Shown: positions 49,413 to 59,845 of the stretch, piece after piece | Position numbering within the stretch: the first letter of the stretch is position 1 | Layout of the letters: each line of letters opens with the position of its first letter | Virus record (IMG/VR): IMGVR_UViG_3300037140_000076 | Span: 48,375 to 112,374 of that record | Direction: 5' to 3' (one strand) | Source of the DNA: a virus | Length of the DNA stretch: 64,000 nucleotides | Made by a program: the position numbers and the translations under genes | Notes under the pieces: generated by a model | Told to the model about the DNA's origin: nothing | What the model saw: the letters and a program-made list of their open reading frames with translations, nothing else | The model's database searches: none

Positions 49413-51356
49413 ATGGGAAACGCTAAATCGTTTAGAGACGTATTTGTTGTAAACAATCCCGCTCTCTTAGGATCAGGTGCAAGTTCAGACGAATTGGCAA
49501 TCAGCCAAATCGGTATTTTTAACTATGACGTTAAAAAGGATCGTTTGTCAACAAGTGCTCCGAATTATAATGTAGATAAAGCTATTCAGCTTATTGTTGG
49601 TACTCCTGAAGTACCTACCAACTTGCTTGGTGCAGTAGCTGATGCAAGTAAAGTTTCTAAACCTATTAAAGGTAAGAAAATTACAAGTTGGAGCGGTCGT
49701 GCTGCTCAACGTGGTCAAACTCAGATCTTAACCCTTGGTTATGATGGTTTTGATACATTTAAGACGATTCGTTCTCATTGTAACGAACATAAAACCGTAT
49801 TTTTGAAATTGTCTGGTGGACCAATTGACCAGGGATTCCATACTGAAGGTCGTGGCCTGGTACGTGAATACTCTATATATAGTGGTTGCTGTGATGATTG
49901 CGGAGTTGATTGTGATAATGTATCTGCTGAACGTATGGCCGATGATTTAGTTTATCGGATCAATACTGACCCAATTTTATCTTTGGGTTCAGCTACAAAT
50001 CATCCTTACTCTCAAAAGAGCTTTACTAATAGATTAGTAAGAGCTAAAAAGATAACATCCTTGGCACCTCCCGTTCCAACTTCAACAGGTACTGGATACT
50101 TGTTACCAGTTTGTGATAACGGTGATGATACTTCTCTCGGTGCGGTTCAGGCTCAGTATCCTGGTGTACACATTAAAAGGCTAAATAGACTTGGTTCTAC
50201 CTCTACCTACGGGCAGATATTGCCATCTCTTTCTCCGGCTCCGGCTGCTTTTAATGATTCTGGTATTCCTATCATTACTGATTGTCCTACATGTCCTTCT
50301 GGATATACTGAAGTAAACGGACAATACGTTACTGAAGTTAGTCGTTTGGATGCTGGTAATGGTGCTGCTTTGATCGCAGTAGGTGCCGCTTATGGTGCTA
50401 CCGGTGTAACAGCCGTTGTTTCTCGTATAATTTATCAATTCGGTACTTCTACTTATATAATCGTTACTCCTTTTGAGATAACTTCTCCAATTGGAAGCGA
50501 CAGTATACTAGAACTTGGTTTTACTCGTAATAGTTGCGTGTTGACTACTCCGATTAGTATTCCTTGGAATGTCGGTGCTACTTTCGATGTATTTAGCAGA
50601 ACATATCAGATAACTTTAGAAGATAATGTTTGCGGAGTAAGCCGTTTGGCTGAACTTCAAACTGCTTATCCTGATCTCGTGATCACAGATAATGGCCCTG
50701 GTACTGGTGGTGGTGTATGCGTACACAACTTCTCTACCGTTGTATCTTCTAACTTTGTAGAACCTGGATGTCCAGCAGATGCTCCAATTTATATTCATCC
50801 GGATGCTTATCTGGGTATTTGTTGGAAACCAATCTTTACTCCTGAAACAGCTACAGTAGTTGGGGTTGTGGTTGAAGCTGCATATGTTGACTTAATTGCC
50901 AGCGAATGTGCATTCATCTTCTGGAGATATGATGCTGAACCTGTGTTCATTGAAATTTCTCAACATAGCCAGAACTATAATGACAATCCAACAATTTGTC
51001 ACGATGAATGGCCTACAACTGAGATCCAGCCTGTTAAGTTACCAATCGGTGTTGGTAGCCAGGTACGTGAAGAAGAAGCTTACTTCAAAGGATACGAAAG
51101 AAAGTACTGGGATATTAATCCTATCGTTCGTCAATATCAGGATTCTCTGTTACAGGCTGATCCGCTGAGATATTACGATCAGTACACAATAGCATTTGAA
51201 TTTGATTACCACGAATTCTGGTTCTCTGAAAAGTATACTGACAGCTATCGTGTTGAAGTATATTTCCCAGAAGGAACCGGTGGTGCATTCCAGAACGCAA
51301 TTAATTCATACGTTGCGAGTGTTGGAATTGACCTGGACCCTGTGGTTATTGTATAA
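49413..51356 (+). CDS. virion structural (auxiliary capsid/vertex-like) protein
   Basis: 647 aa, Cys-containing; position in the module. Confidence 0.55.
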   Translation: MGNAKSFRDVFVVNNPALLGSGASSDELAISQIGIFNYDVKKDRLSTSAPNYNVDKAIQLIVGTPEVPTNLLGAVADASKVSKPIKGKKITSWSGRAAQRGQTQILTLGYDGFDTFKTIRSHCNEHKTVFLKLSGGPIDQGFHTEGRGLVREYSIYSGCCDDCGVDCDNVSAERMADDLVYRINTDPILSLGSATNHPYSQKSFTNRLVRAKKITSLAPPVPTSTGTGYLLPVCDNGDDTSLGAVQAQYPGVHIKRLNRLGSTSTYGQILPSLSPAPAAFNDSGIPIITDCPTCPSGYTEVNGQYVTEVSRLDAGNGAALIAVGAAYGATGVTAVVSRIIYQFGTSTYIIVTPFEITSPIGSDSILELGFTRNSCVLTTPISIPWNVGATFDVFSRTYQITLEDNVCGVSRLAELQTAYPDLVITDNGPGTGGGVCVHNFSTVVSSNFVEPGCPADAPIYIHPDAYLGICWKPIFTPETATVVGVVVEAAYVDLIASECAFIFWRYDAEPVFIEISQHSQNYNDNPTICHDEWPTTEIQPVKLPIGVGSQVREEEAYFKGYERKYWDINPIVRQYQDSLLQADPLRYYDQYTIAFEFDYHEFWFSEKYTDSYRVEVYFPEGTGGAFQNAINSYVASVGIDLDPVVIV

Positions 51357-51376
51357 TAATTTATGATTTAGTTTTT

Positions 51377-51425
51377 GAGGCACTGTGGAAGTGGTATTTA
51401 ACCTGACCACAGTGCCTTTATTTTT
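51377..51425 (+). terminator. intrinsic terminator
   Basis: GGCACTGTGG/CCACAGTGCC plus T-rich tail. Confidence 0.7.
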
Positions 51426-51478
51426 AATATTATTTATTCATATTAAATTTTATCAGTTTTTAAAAAACTGTTCTAATT

Positions 51479-52183
51479 ATGCCAAAGATTATAGATTTTC
51501 CATCTCAGTTGCACTTTCATACGGATTCAAGACATTCAAGATTTTTAAAAGAACTTAAAAAGATTCTTATATTTTTAGGAGTTCCTTTTTCTGATCCGTG
51601 TTGTTCAAATAATCCAACACCTCCGGTATATCCAGTTTGTACAGATGATGTTACAATACTAGGAAATGGTTTACCAGGAAACTGTCTTCGTGTTGGTGTT
51701 CCACCTCCTTCATTTGGAGGACCATTTGCTAATTTTTATGGTTTGACAGCAGGAACCGGTAACGGTGGACCAACTGATTATGCTGCAACAGTTGCAGTTA
51801 AAACTTCAGCGGGTACAGGTAGAGTTCCATTTCCAAGAAATGGTGCAACTACAGGTGGTGCCGTTAACATTGATGGTTCAAGTTTCAGATTACCTAATAT
51901 AGGAATATATGAAGTTACTTTTGATGTACAAACTACTGAACCGGGTCAATTAGAACTTGAGCTTAATGGTGCTGATTTACCAGCAACTGCTACAGGTAAT
52001 CAGAACCCAACTTCTGGTGGACATCTATTCAGTGCTACATTTATTATTACAACTGTTGTAATAAATTCAGTATTGGCTGTAATTAATCCTGAAGGTAACT
52101 CACCTGCTTTGACAATTGTTCCGGCTTCCGGATCAAGCACTCATGCAAATGCTCAGAATTTGATCATTAGACAGATTGGATAA
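51479..52183 (+). CDS. fibre/decoration protein with BclA-C/C1q-like domain
   Basis: SSFRLPNIGIYEVTF...LELNG...AQNLIIRQIG. Confidence 0.6.
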   Translation: MPKIIDFPSQLHFHTDSRHSRFLKELKKILIFLGVPFSDPCCSNNPTPPVYPVCTDDVTILGNGLPGNCLRVGVPPPSFGGPFANFYGLTAGTGNGGPTDYAATVAVKTSAGTGRVPFPRNGATTGGAVNIDGSSFRLPNIGIYEVTFDVQTTEPGQLELELNGADLPATATGNQNPTSGGHLFSATFIITTVVINSVLAVINPEGNSPALTIVPASGSSTHANAQNLIIRQIG

Positions 52184-52264
52184 TAATATTTTTAAGCAGA
52201 AGATGTATGGTTTGAGAATCCGTTTAACTTCTTCTCTGAACTATACAAAGCAAAAATAATTAAT

Positions 52265-53324
52265 ATGCCATTAGGATTATATCGTAATAATTTAGATTTT
52301 GAGATATTAGAAACTGGAAATCCATCAACATTAGTTTTTGTAGATTCTTCACAATATATCGAACCTCCTGATAGACCTCTCCTTGAGGTTTTTATCCCAG
52401 GGTATTCTAAATACCTACTCGTTAATATAATACCTAATCAGGTAAATACATTCAATTCTAGCACACTTAGATTATCAGAAGCTTTACGTATAAGTCATTT
52501 AACTATTCTTCCAGACGGAGTTTGGAATTTTAAATATAAGATTTGTCCTTATGAATATGTCTTTATTGAAAAGAGCATAATGAGAACAACGCTTATAAAT
52601 CAAAAATTGGATAGAGCATATAATGAAATTGATCTTGAAAGATGTACTGATAAAACAAGTACATTTATTTTAGATCAATTAACAAGGGTTCAAATTTTAA
52701 TTAGAGGATCAAAAGCTGTTGTGAGAAAGGATCAAAAAAGAGCTTCTGAATATTACAATCTGGCTGATAGATTGCTGGATCAGGTATTAGATAAATTTTG
52801 TAAAAATTGTAATCAATGGGGTGCTCAACTTGCGGCCAACAGGGAGTAACGCCTGAACCTTATCAGTTTAAATATCATCCTCATATTCAGACACCGGTTG
52901 ATCCTCCAGTGGATGAAAATTGTGAATATACAACAAGTCAGCTTAATGTGTGGCTTTCTAAGTTAATTTGTTGTAAGGATACTGGTCTTTATGTTACATT
53001 AAAGATTAAGGCTTCAACGTTAAATAAATATTTGGGTATCGTAGGGTCGGCAATAAATTATAAATCCCATCCTTGTTGGTTTAAAAAAGAATTAGACAAT
53101 ATTGCGAATATAATAATTATTATTGAAAATAGTGGGAAATGTTAGATTTGAATCAAAAATTTATTTCATTAGCGGAGAGTGTGAGGGCAGAAGCTCTTTA
53201 TGATATGGCTTTTATTATTAGCGCGAATGAATTTCATTCATTAGACTTTTTTAAAGAACTATCTGATCAACGTAATTTAAACTTTAACATCTATACAAAT
53301 CATATACAGAATGCTCCTTTGTGA
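52265..53324 (+). CDS. tail hub/structural genes (52265-52849, 52816-53145, 53139-53324)
   Basis: LPDGVWNFKY motif; overlapping ORFs. Confidence 0.5.
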
Positions 53325-54345
53325 TAAAGCTAAATATAATTGTGGATTAATAGTTCCTTCATCTTGTGTTCCTTATACAGGGACAGATTTGACCGTATTA
53401 AGAGATCCTTCCTTATTACCTTGTAATGCAAACATTAATGAAGTTATAGGAGTTTTTGATTTTATTTTAAAAGAAGTTATAGATGGTAATGATCTTACAA
53501 ATTTAAATGCAAGATGTTTAGCTTTTACTCCTTCTATTGTAAAAATAAATCAACTTCATCAAATTGAAATTGATCAGATTTGTGCTAATACTGCGTCCTT
53601 ATCTTCGTTACAAACACAATTTAATGATTTAAATATTGGAACAGAGCCTATACAAATAAATTTGTTGTGTTTAACTCCGGCTGCTGCTGCTTGTTTGACA
53701 CCACCTAATACTTATCCATTAATTGCTGTATTAAATACAATAGTTAATGAAATTTGTACATTAATAACAGACGTTGCAGATATTTCAATACCTCAAATTT
53801 GTACAGACGGTGTTACAATACTGGGAAATGGTACACTAGGTAACTGTCTTCGTACAGGAACCGTTCCTCCTTCTTCTCTTCCGTTTGCTGATTTCTTTGG
53901 ATTAACAGCAGGAACGGGGAATGTTGGACCGACTGATTATCCGTCAACTATTCCGGTTAAAACGGGTGTTGGTACTGGTAGGATTCCATTTCCAAGAAAT
54001 GGAGCAACCATTGCTGGTGCGGCTACAAGAATTGATTCGTCAAGTTTTACGTTACCTAACGTTGGAACTTACGAAATCATATTCTCAGTTCATACAACAG
54101 AACCAGGTCAGTTGCAAGTTGAATTGAATGGCGTTGATATAGCAGAATCGGTTACTCCGAACATGAATCCAACTGCGGGTGGACATCCTATGTTTGGTTA
54201 TATTATTGTTACGACTACTTTACCAAATGAAATAGTAGCAATAGTTAATGCTGACGGTAATTCAACAGCTTTGACAATTACTCCTCCTAATGGGGCAAAC
54301 ACTCATGCGAACGCACAAAGATTAATAATTAAACAAATTGCCTAA
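53311..54345 (+). CDS. tail fibre protein with BclA-C/C1q-like C-terminus
   Basis: SSCVPYTG N-terminus; C-terminal domain paralogous to 51479-52183. Confidence 0.6.
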   Translation: MLLCDKAKYNCGLIVPSSCVPYTGTDLTVLRDPSLLPCNANINEVIGVFDFILKEVIDGNDLTNLNARCLAFTPSIVKINQLHQIEIDQICANTASLSSLQTQFNDLNIGTEPIQINLLCLTPAAAACLTPPNTYPLIAVLNTIVNEICTLITDVADISIPQICTDGVTILGNGTLGNCLRTGTVPPSSLPFADFFGLTAGTGNVGPTDYPSTIPVKTGVGTGRIPFPRNGATIAGAATRIDSSSFTLPNVGTYEIIFSVHTTEPGQLQVELNGVDIAESVTPNMNPTAGGHPMFGYIIVTTTLPNEIVAIVNADGNSTALTITPPNGANTHANAQRLIIKQIA

Positions 54346-54360
54346 TTAAAGTTATATACT

Positions 54361-55131
54361 ATGTGGAACAATAATAATGGATTTTTACATTGCGACTCTT
54401 GTGGTGGAAGAGGATGTGATCGTTGCCGTGGAAGTTATCCCTTTCCTGCTGAACCGTGTAGTCCACGTTTTTCATCATGTGGTAATGATGGATGTCCAAT
54501 TTTATTAGATACTTCTTGTTCTATTTATCATAAAAATAAGAATCAAATTTCAGGTTTAATTAATTTGAATTTACCAAACGGATCTACTCTTCAATTAATA
54601 CTTGAAACTATTGATGCTCAGTTAGGAAGCCTAAATGTTAATAATTGGAATATTCCTTTCTTAAGATCTGTTCCCTATACTATAAATAATTTGCCACAAT
54701 TTGCTGGTGCCGTGGATAGTGAATTTTCATTAATCGCTGGACAGATCACTACTTTACAAGCTGATGTAAATATACCAAATACTTCTACAGATACTTCTAC
54801 TGTTCATTTTGTTTTAACGGGAACACTAAGTAGAAATATAAGTGCAGATGTAAAAGTATCGGCTGTAGCAGGTAATCAATTATCTATTCAACCGGATGGA
54901 TTGTTCTCCCAGGCTCAAAATCTATCAATAGACTACATAGCCAAGACCTTGACCATTACAGACGGCAATACAGTAGACTTTTCATCTATTGTTAATGGTA
55001 ATGCTGGCTTCTTAGGAAACTTTACGGGATCTGATCCAACGGCTACTGACGGACAATATTGGTATAGAACAGATACTACTCAATTGAAAATAAAAGTAGG
55101 TGGAGTTGTGAAAATAATAACCATAAGCTAA
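54361..55131 (+). CDS. tail fibre-like protein
   Basis: Cys-rich N-terminus; ISADVKVS...GN.LSI..DGLF; DGQYWYRTD. Confidence 0.55.
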   Translation: MWNNNNGFLHCDSCGGRGCDRCRGSYPFPAEPCSPRFSSCGNDGCPILLDTSCSIYHKNKNQISGLINLNLPNGSTLQLILETIDAQLGSLNVNNWNIPFLRSVPYTINNLPQFAGAVDSEFSLIAGQITTLQADVNIPNTSTDTSTVHFVLTGTLSRNISADVKVSAVAGNQLSIQPDGLFSQAQNLSIDYIAKTLTITDGNTVDFSSIVNGNAGFLGNFTGSDPTATDGQYWYRTDTTQLKIKVGGVVKIITIS

Positions 55132-55144
55132 ATTAATTAAAGAT

Positions 55145-56524
55145 ATGTGCTCAATTTGTGGACGGCCTGATTATGTAAGATGTGATTGTCAAAGCGCACA
55201 GCCTTTTTGTGACCAGTGTGCTGAGGATAGTGTATGTCTTGATAAATTAGATTCAGCATGTCTTATATATCATTTTGGTAATCCTGCTTTACCTACTCGT
55301 CTTATTAATTTAGATTTACCTAACGGATCATCTGCTCAAACAATATTTGAAGCTATAGATGCAGCACTCGGTAGATCTGGAAGTGGCCCATTATCATCAA
55401 CCGATACTAATGCGATTCATCTATTATTAGACGGCCCAGGTAATCGTCATATAACTGCTACTTTAATTCTTTCTGCACAATCAGGAAATACCGCTGTAAT
55501 AAACAGTGATGGTTTATTTGTTCCTCTCCCAAATAATTTATATAAGGTTCAAGTTGATGGAAGTCACATTCCATATTATCTTGAAGATGCTCTTATTGGA
55601 GGAACTGATGGAATTGTATCTCTTAGTTTTGAACCATCAAACGGAATATTGTTTGGATTACCGTCAATAAATATGACGGCTGTTGTAGATGCTATAACAG
55701 GAAATCAGGCATTGATAGATTCTTTGTCGGGTTCTATACTAAATGATCTATTAAATAATCCTTCATATTTCTCTCAATTACTGGGTGCAATTGAAACTGG
55801 TATATTAAATGATCCTAATTTCATTACTGCTCTTACTCAGGCTATCTTGAATAACCCGGCAGCTAAAGCACTGCTTTGTAGCGAACTTGAAGCTTGTCTT
55901 AATCCAACAGGAAGCACTTGTAATGCCCCTATAATTACTGATGCAACAACAATGATTTCAAGTACCGGAGTTACTGTTGTATTGACTATTACTTACACAG
56001 ATGCTTCTCCATTACCTGATGACGGATACTTAGTATTCTATAGAAAGTTTGGAAGCTTGGGTGCATATACATCTGCTGGACCATTCCCTAATAGTTCAAG
56101 CCCGATTATAATACCTGGACTTTCTCCTTCCGATTATGAAGGTTATGTGGAATCTGATTGTGATGGATCATTCAGTAGTGGTGCAACATTTGTAACAAAT
56201 GATTATTATAATGTTGATATAACAAATGATCTTCCAAATCTGGTTATAACAAACGTCACTGGAATAGGAGGCTTCACATTTAGTGGACCGGTGGGCGTAG
56301 GTGGAAGAGATACAGGCGTTCATACAGGATTTACAGGAATTATTCAGGTTACCACAACAGGAACCGCTGCAATAACTGGAAATCTAGCCCTTGTTAAGAA
56401 TGGTGTAGTTGTAGATTGTATAAATATAACTGCAAGTAGTACCCCAGGAACCTTGACGTTTACTTCACAGACATTCCTTTCTACCGATCTTATACAGATT
56501 GAGCTTAATACAGGAACTTGTTAA
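55145..56524 (+). CDS. tail fibre-like protein with FN3/Ig-like domain
   Basis: LINLDLPNGS shared with the previous gene; GYLVFYRK...GLSP..YE. Confidence 0.55.
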   Translation: MCSICGRPDYVRCDCQSAQPFCDQCAEDSVCLDKLDSACLIYHFGNPALPTRLINLDLPNGSSAQTIFEAIDAALGRSGSGPLSSTDTNAIHLLLDGPGNRHITATLILSAQSGNTAVINSDGLFVPLPNNLYKVQVDGSHIPYYLEDALIGGTDGIVSLSFEPSNGILFGLPSINMTAVVDAITGNQALIDSLSGSILNDLLNNPSYFSQLLGAIETGILNDPNFITALTQAILNNPAAKALLCSELEACLNPTGSTCNAPIITDATTMISSTGVTVVLTITYTDASPLPDDGYLVFYRKFGSLGAYTSAGPFPNSSSPIIIPGLSPSDYEGYVESDCDGSFSSGATFVTNDYYNVDITNDLPNLVITNVTGIGGFTFSGPVGVGGRDTGVHTGFTGIIQVTTTGTAAITGNLALVKNGVVVDCINITASSTPGTLTFTSQTFLSTDLIQIELNTGTC

Positions 56525-56628
56525 TAAATTAAAAGGACTGAGTTTTGTTGGTTTTTTCTCAGCACTCTTTCTATCCCGGTTTCTACCGGGATTTTTGTTT
56601 TTATGAAATATTGTATTATATTTACATT

Positions 56629-57060
56629 ATGGAACAATGGAAGGACATAAAGGGTTATGAGGGTTTATATAAAATTAGTAGTCATGGAAGAGTAAAATCT
56701 TTGAAATTTAATAAAAAACGAATATTAAAATTTTGTTATGCTGGTGATGGTCGTTATTTAAAAGTTATATTGTTTAATAATGGAAAATTAAAAGGTTTTA
56801 GAATTCATAGATTAGTAGCGGAAACGTTTATTTCTAATTTTGAAAATAAATTAGAAGTTAATCATAAAGATGGAAACGCTTTTAATAATAATGTATCTAA
56901 TTTGGAATGGGTTACGCATAAAGAAAATATACATCATTCGAGACATATAAGTAAAAGTGGTGCTGTAATTTCTGTTAAAAAGATTAAATTGTTACATTTT
57001 AAAAATCCTAATTTAATATTACAAGATTTTGTTAATTTATTGATAAATAATTGTAATTAA
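56629..57060 (+). CDS. NUMOD4-HNH homing endonuclease
   Basis: EQWKDIKGYEGLYKISSHG; VNHKDGN..NN.VSNLEW. Confidence 0.88.
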   Translation: MEQWKDIKGYEGLYKISSHGRVKSLKFNKKRILKFCYAGDGRYLKVILFNNGKLKGFRIHRLVAETFISNFENKLEVNHKDGNAFNNNVSNLEWVTHKENIHHSRHISKSGAVISVKKIKLLHFKNPNLILQDFVNLLINNCN

Positions 57061-57114
57061 TTTTTGTTATAAATTCTTTGTTTTACCGATAATTGTATTA
57101 TATTTGTATAAAAT

Positions 57115-58491
57115 GTGTCCATTATGAGTAATTTCTCTTCGAATAAGGAAACGTTAAGTCAACAAATTAATACTTTTATTAAGGAAAACCCTATAAAATA
57201 CAGAGAAAGAGGATGTTATAACCAGTGTGCTGAGAGATTTGGATTAACTGCTGAACAGGTTAGGAGGATATACAGAACTTTAAAGTCCAGGGACGTTAAT
57301 TTTTGTCATGTAGAGGGAACTGAAATTCCAAAAACTACTTTAACAACAGCTTCGAATACAAACAGTTTTAAAGAAAATGTTAAAACTGGAGAAGCCGATC
57401 TTATAACTGTCACTAATAAGCGTATCAAGACCCTGGGTGATCTTATCGCAATTTGCGAGATAGATCTTGAAGTTTGGGATATTGTTTCATGGGAGTGTAA
57501 CAAATGGGAGGTTGGTGCCAAGAACGCAGCTAAAGAAATCGTTGTATCGCCCCTTTTCCAGGTCAAGGCGAAGCTATCTCGTAGGAAGATAGATACTGAC
57601 CTTCGTTTACAGAAAGAAGCCCTCCTTGAGGAGCTAAAGGGCTTTAAACCCAATTACGATCTGGATGTCATTAATCGTATACATACCGGGATTCTGAGAC
57701 CGGATAATCAAAGGCTCCTGGAGATCTGTATTTTTGATCCTCACTTTGGTAAGCTGTCCTGGAGAGAAGAAGCCGGGGAGGATTATGACATCAAGATCGC
57801 AGAAAAGAGGGTTAAGGACGCAATTAAAGATTTACTGAGCGAAGTTAACCTATCTACAGTTGAAAGAATCCTGTTACCCCTTGGTAATGATCTCATTAAC
57901 GTAGACAGCAGCAATAATATGACTTTCGCTGGTACCCCACAGAGCACCGATGTAAGGTATCCTAAAATAATCAAGGTCGTTCGTAGAGTCCTGACCCAGA
58001 TCATTTTAGATCTTTCCCTAATCGCTCCTGTGGATGTGGTAATTGTACCAGGGAACCACGATACGATCTCCTCCTTCATGATGGGAGAGATCCTGGACGC
58101 TACATTTTCCAGTAACCCGCGTGTAAACGTGGATAACGGTCCAAAATTAAGAAAATACTACAGATACGGTCTAAATTCTTTTCAATTTTCTCACGGAAAT
58201 GAAGAGAGGCATGAGGCTCTTGGATTAATCTTTGCTACAGAAGAAAAGAACCTTTGGGCGGCAACAAAGTTCAGATTCTCGCAACTCGGTCATTATCATA
58301 AGAATAAGAAGATCAATTATGTTAGCGTGGATGAACACCAGGGATTCCAGATTCAGATTTTGCCCAGTTTATCGGGGGTAGATGCATGGCACTACAAGAA
58401 GGGATACAAATCTCTTCATCAGGCCAAGGCACTCCTTTACGATAAAGATAAGGGGCCAGTCGGTGAATTTACCACAACCTCAACCCTTTAG
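57115..58491 (+). CDS. calcineurin-like metallophosphoesterase with N-terminal HTH
   Basis: DPHFG, LGND, PGNHD, SHG, GHYH. Confidence 0.82.
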   Translation: MSIMSNFSSNKETLSQQINTFIKENPIKYRERGCYNQCAERFGLTAEQVRRIYRTLKSRDVNFCHVEGTEIPKTTLTTASNTNSFKENVKTGEADLITVTNKRIKTLGDLIAICEIDLEVWDIVSWECNKWEVGAKNAAKEIVVSPLFQVKAKLSRRKIDTDLRLQKEALLEELKGFKPNYDLDVINRIHTGILRPDNQRLLEICIFDPHFGKLSWREEAGEDYDIKIAEKRVKDAIKDLLSEVNLSTVERILLPLGNDLINVDSSNNMTFAGTPQSTDVRYPKIIKVVRRVLTQIILDLSLIAPVDVVIVPGNHDTISSFMMGEILDATFSSNPRVNVDNGPKLRKYYRYGLNSFQFSHGNEERHEALGLIFATEEKNLWAATKFRFSQLGHYHKNKKINYVSVDEHQGFQIQILPSLSGVDAWHYKKGYKSLHQAKALLYDKDKGPVGEFTTTSTL

Positions 58492-58495
58492 ATAT

Positions 58496-58520
58496 AACCC
58501 CCTTTTAGGGGGTTTTTTAT
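58496..58520 (+). terminator. intrinsic terminator
   Basis: AACCCCCT/AGGGGGTT plus T-run. Confidence 0.72.
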
Positions 58521-58522
58521 TT

Positions 58523-58616
58523 TTATAACAAAATTTTGTGATAATTTTCGCATTTAAGAAAATATTCCATAATTTTGATCATTCCTGATCAAATTTATCA
58601 CAAAATTTTGTTATAA
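58523..58616. promoter_or_regulatory. two 22-bp palindromic operators
   Basis: 58523-58544 and 58595-58616. Confidence 0.75.
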
Positions 58617-58624
58617 TTTTTATT

Positions 58625-59317
58625 ATGCCTACCGTTTCTCAAGTAATATCCGATGTAAGACAAACTTTAAATGCTGTAAGTCTGGATGGATATATTCCTG
58701 CCAAGTACTTACATTCCAAGCTGTTAGACGCTGCTAAACTCTTTATTAAAAGAGAAGCTGATGATCGTAGGCTTTATTTATACCCAAATGTTTGGGTAAC
58801 AATTGACGATCTTGAATTGGCCGAAACCGAACTCATAGGATGTGCCGATATTGCGGTTCCCTACTGTACCAAGATAATGAAGTCCACAGTTAGGCTTCCT
58901 GAAATCTATACCACTCGGTATGGTTATCTTTTAAATATTAGTTCAGTAGACTATACAAGGAACTATATTCAGACTACTCCCAAACAATACAATTCCATAA
59001 AAAATAGAAAATATCAAGATCCTAATCTTAGATATTTTTGGATTTATAATAATCACCTGGTCATTCCGGAGGCAATGGTTAAGTCTGTTACTCTGAGGGC
59101 AATGTTCTGCGATAAGGCTCAAGGGCTTAGAATCGAAGGTTGTAAGGACCCAGGTTGTATTAAGACGCTGGATCAGGAATTTACTGTACCTGGTCATCTT
59201 CTTGATAATGTTAAAGATTATACTATACAAAAAATTGCAGGTGTTAAATTAAAAATACCTAAAGACGAATACCCTAATCTAAACGAAGGTAGAAAACAAG
59301 GGGACGAAACCAAATAA
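58625..59317 (+). CDS. tail ring protein
   Basis: KS...LP, YFWIYNNHL, F.VP; crAss-like position. Confidence 0.6.
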   Translation: MPTVSQVISDVRQTLNAVSLDGYIPAKYLHSKLLDAAKLFIKREADDRRLYLYPNVWVTIDDLELAETELIGCADIAVPYCTKIMKSTVRLPEIYTTRYGYLLNISSVDYTRNYIQTTPKQYNSIKNRKYQDPNLRYFWIYNNHLVIPEAMVKSVTLRAMFCDKAQGLRIEGCKDPGCIKTLDQEFTVPGHLLDNVKDYTIQKIAGVKLKIPKDEYPNLNEGRKQGDETK

Positions 59318-59319
59318 TA

Positions 59320-59844
59320 ATGCCAGCCAAAGGATCAGTTCTAAAATACGGGAATAGGGATTACGTGGTTAATAAAGATTTCTATAATAAACTTATAGAA
59401 AAAAATGATATTGGCCTTTCCTATTCAGAGGTATCAAACGTTATAAAAGAACATACAAAAAACATAGCCGAAGTAGTCGAAGACGAGCTTGATGGTTTTA
59501 AACTACCAAAGGGTCTTGGCTATATCTGTGTAGTCAAATATAAATCTACAAAGCTATTAATAAACTTTAGAAAAACAAAAGAGATTGGTAAAAAAGTATA
59601 TTTTACTAATCTTGATACAATGGGTTTTTGTGTATCTGTAAAGTTATTTAGAGTAGGGAGACCAGGTAATAATTCTTTTTATGATCTCTTTATGTTTAAG
59701 CCTTGTAAAAAGATAATGCAATCTGTTGTAAGAAAATTTAAATTGGGAAAACTTTATTCAGATTATACTATTTCCGATTTTATGGAAAAAAGCCGGTTAG
59801 AAAATTTATATTCTAAAAGATACAGAAAAGATTTAAAGAAATAA
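59320..59844 (+). CDS. IHF-like crAss protein
   Basis: GFKLPKGLGYICV, IN..KT......VYFTN. Confidence 0.6.
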   Translation: MPAKGSVLKYGNRDYVVNKDFYNKLIEKNDIGLSYSEVSNVIKEHTKNIAEVVEDELDGFKLPKGLGYICVVKYKSTKLLINFRKTKEIGKKVYFTNLDTMGFCVSVKLFRVGRPGNNSFYDLFMFKPCKKIMQSVVRKFKLGKLYSDYTISDFMEKSRLENLYSKRYRKDLKK

Positions 59845-59845
59845 T

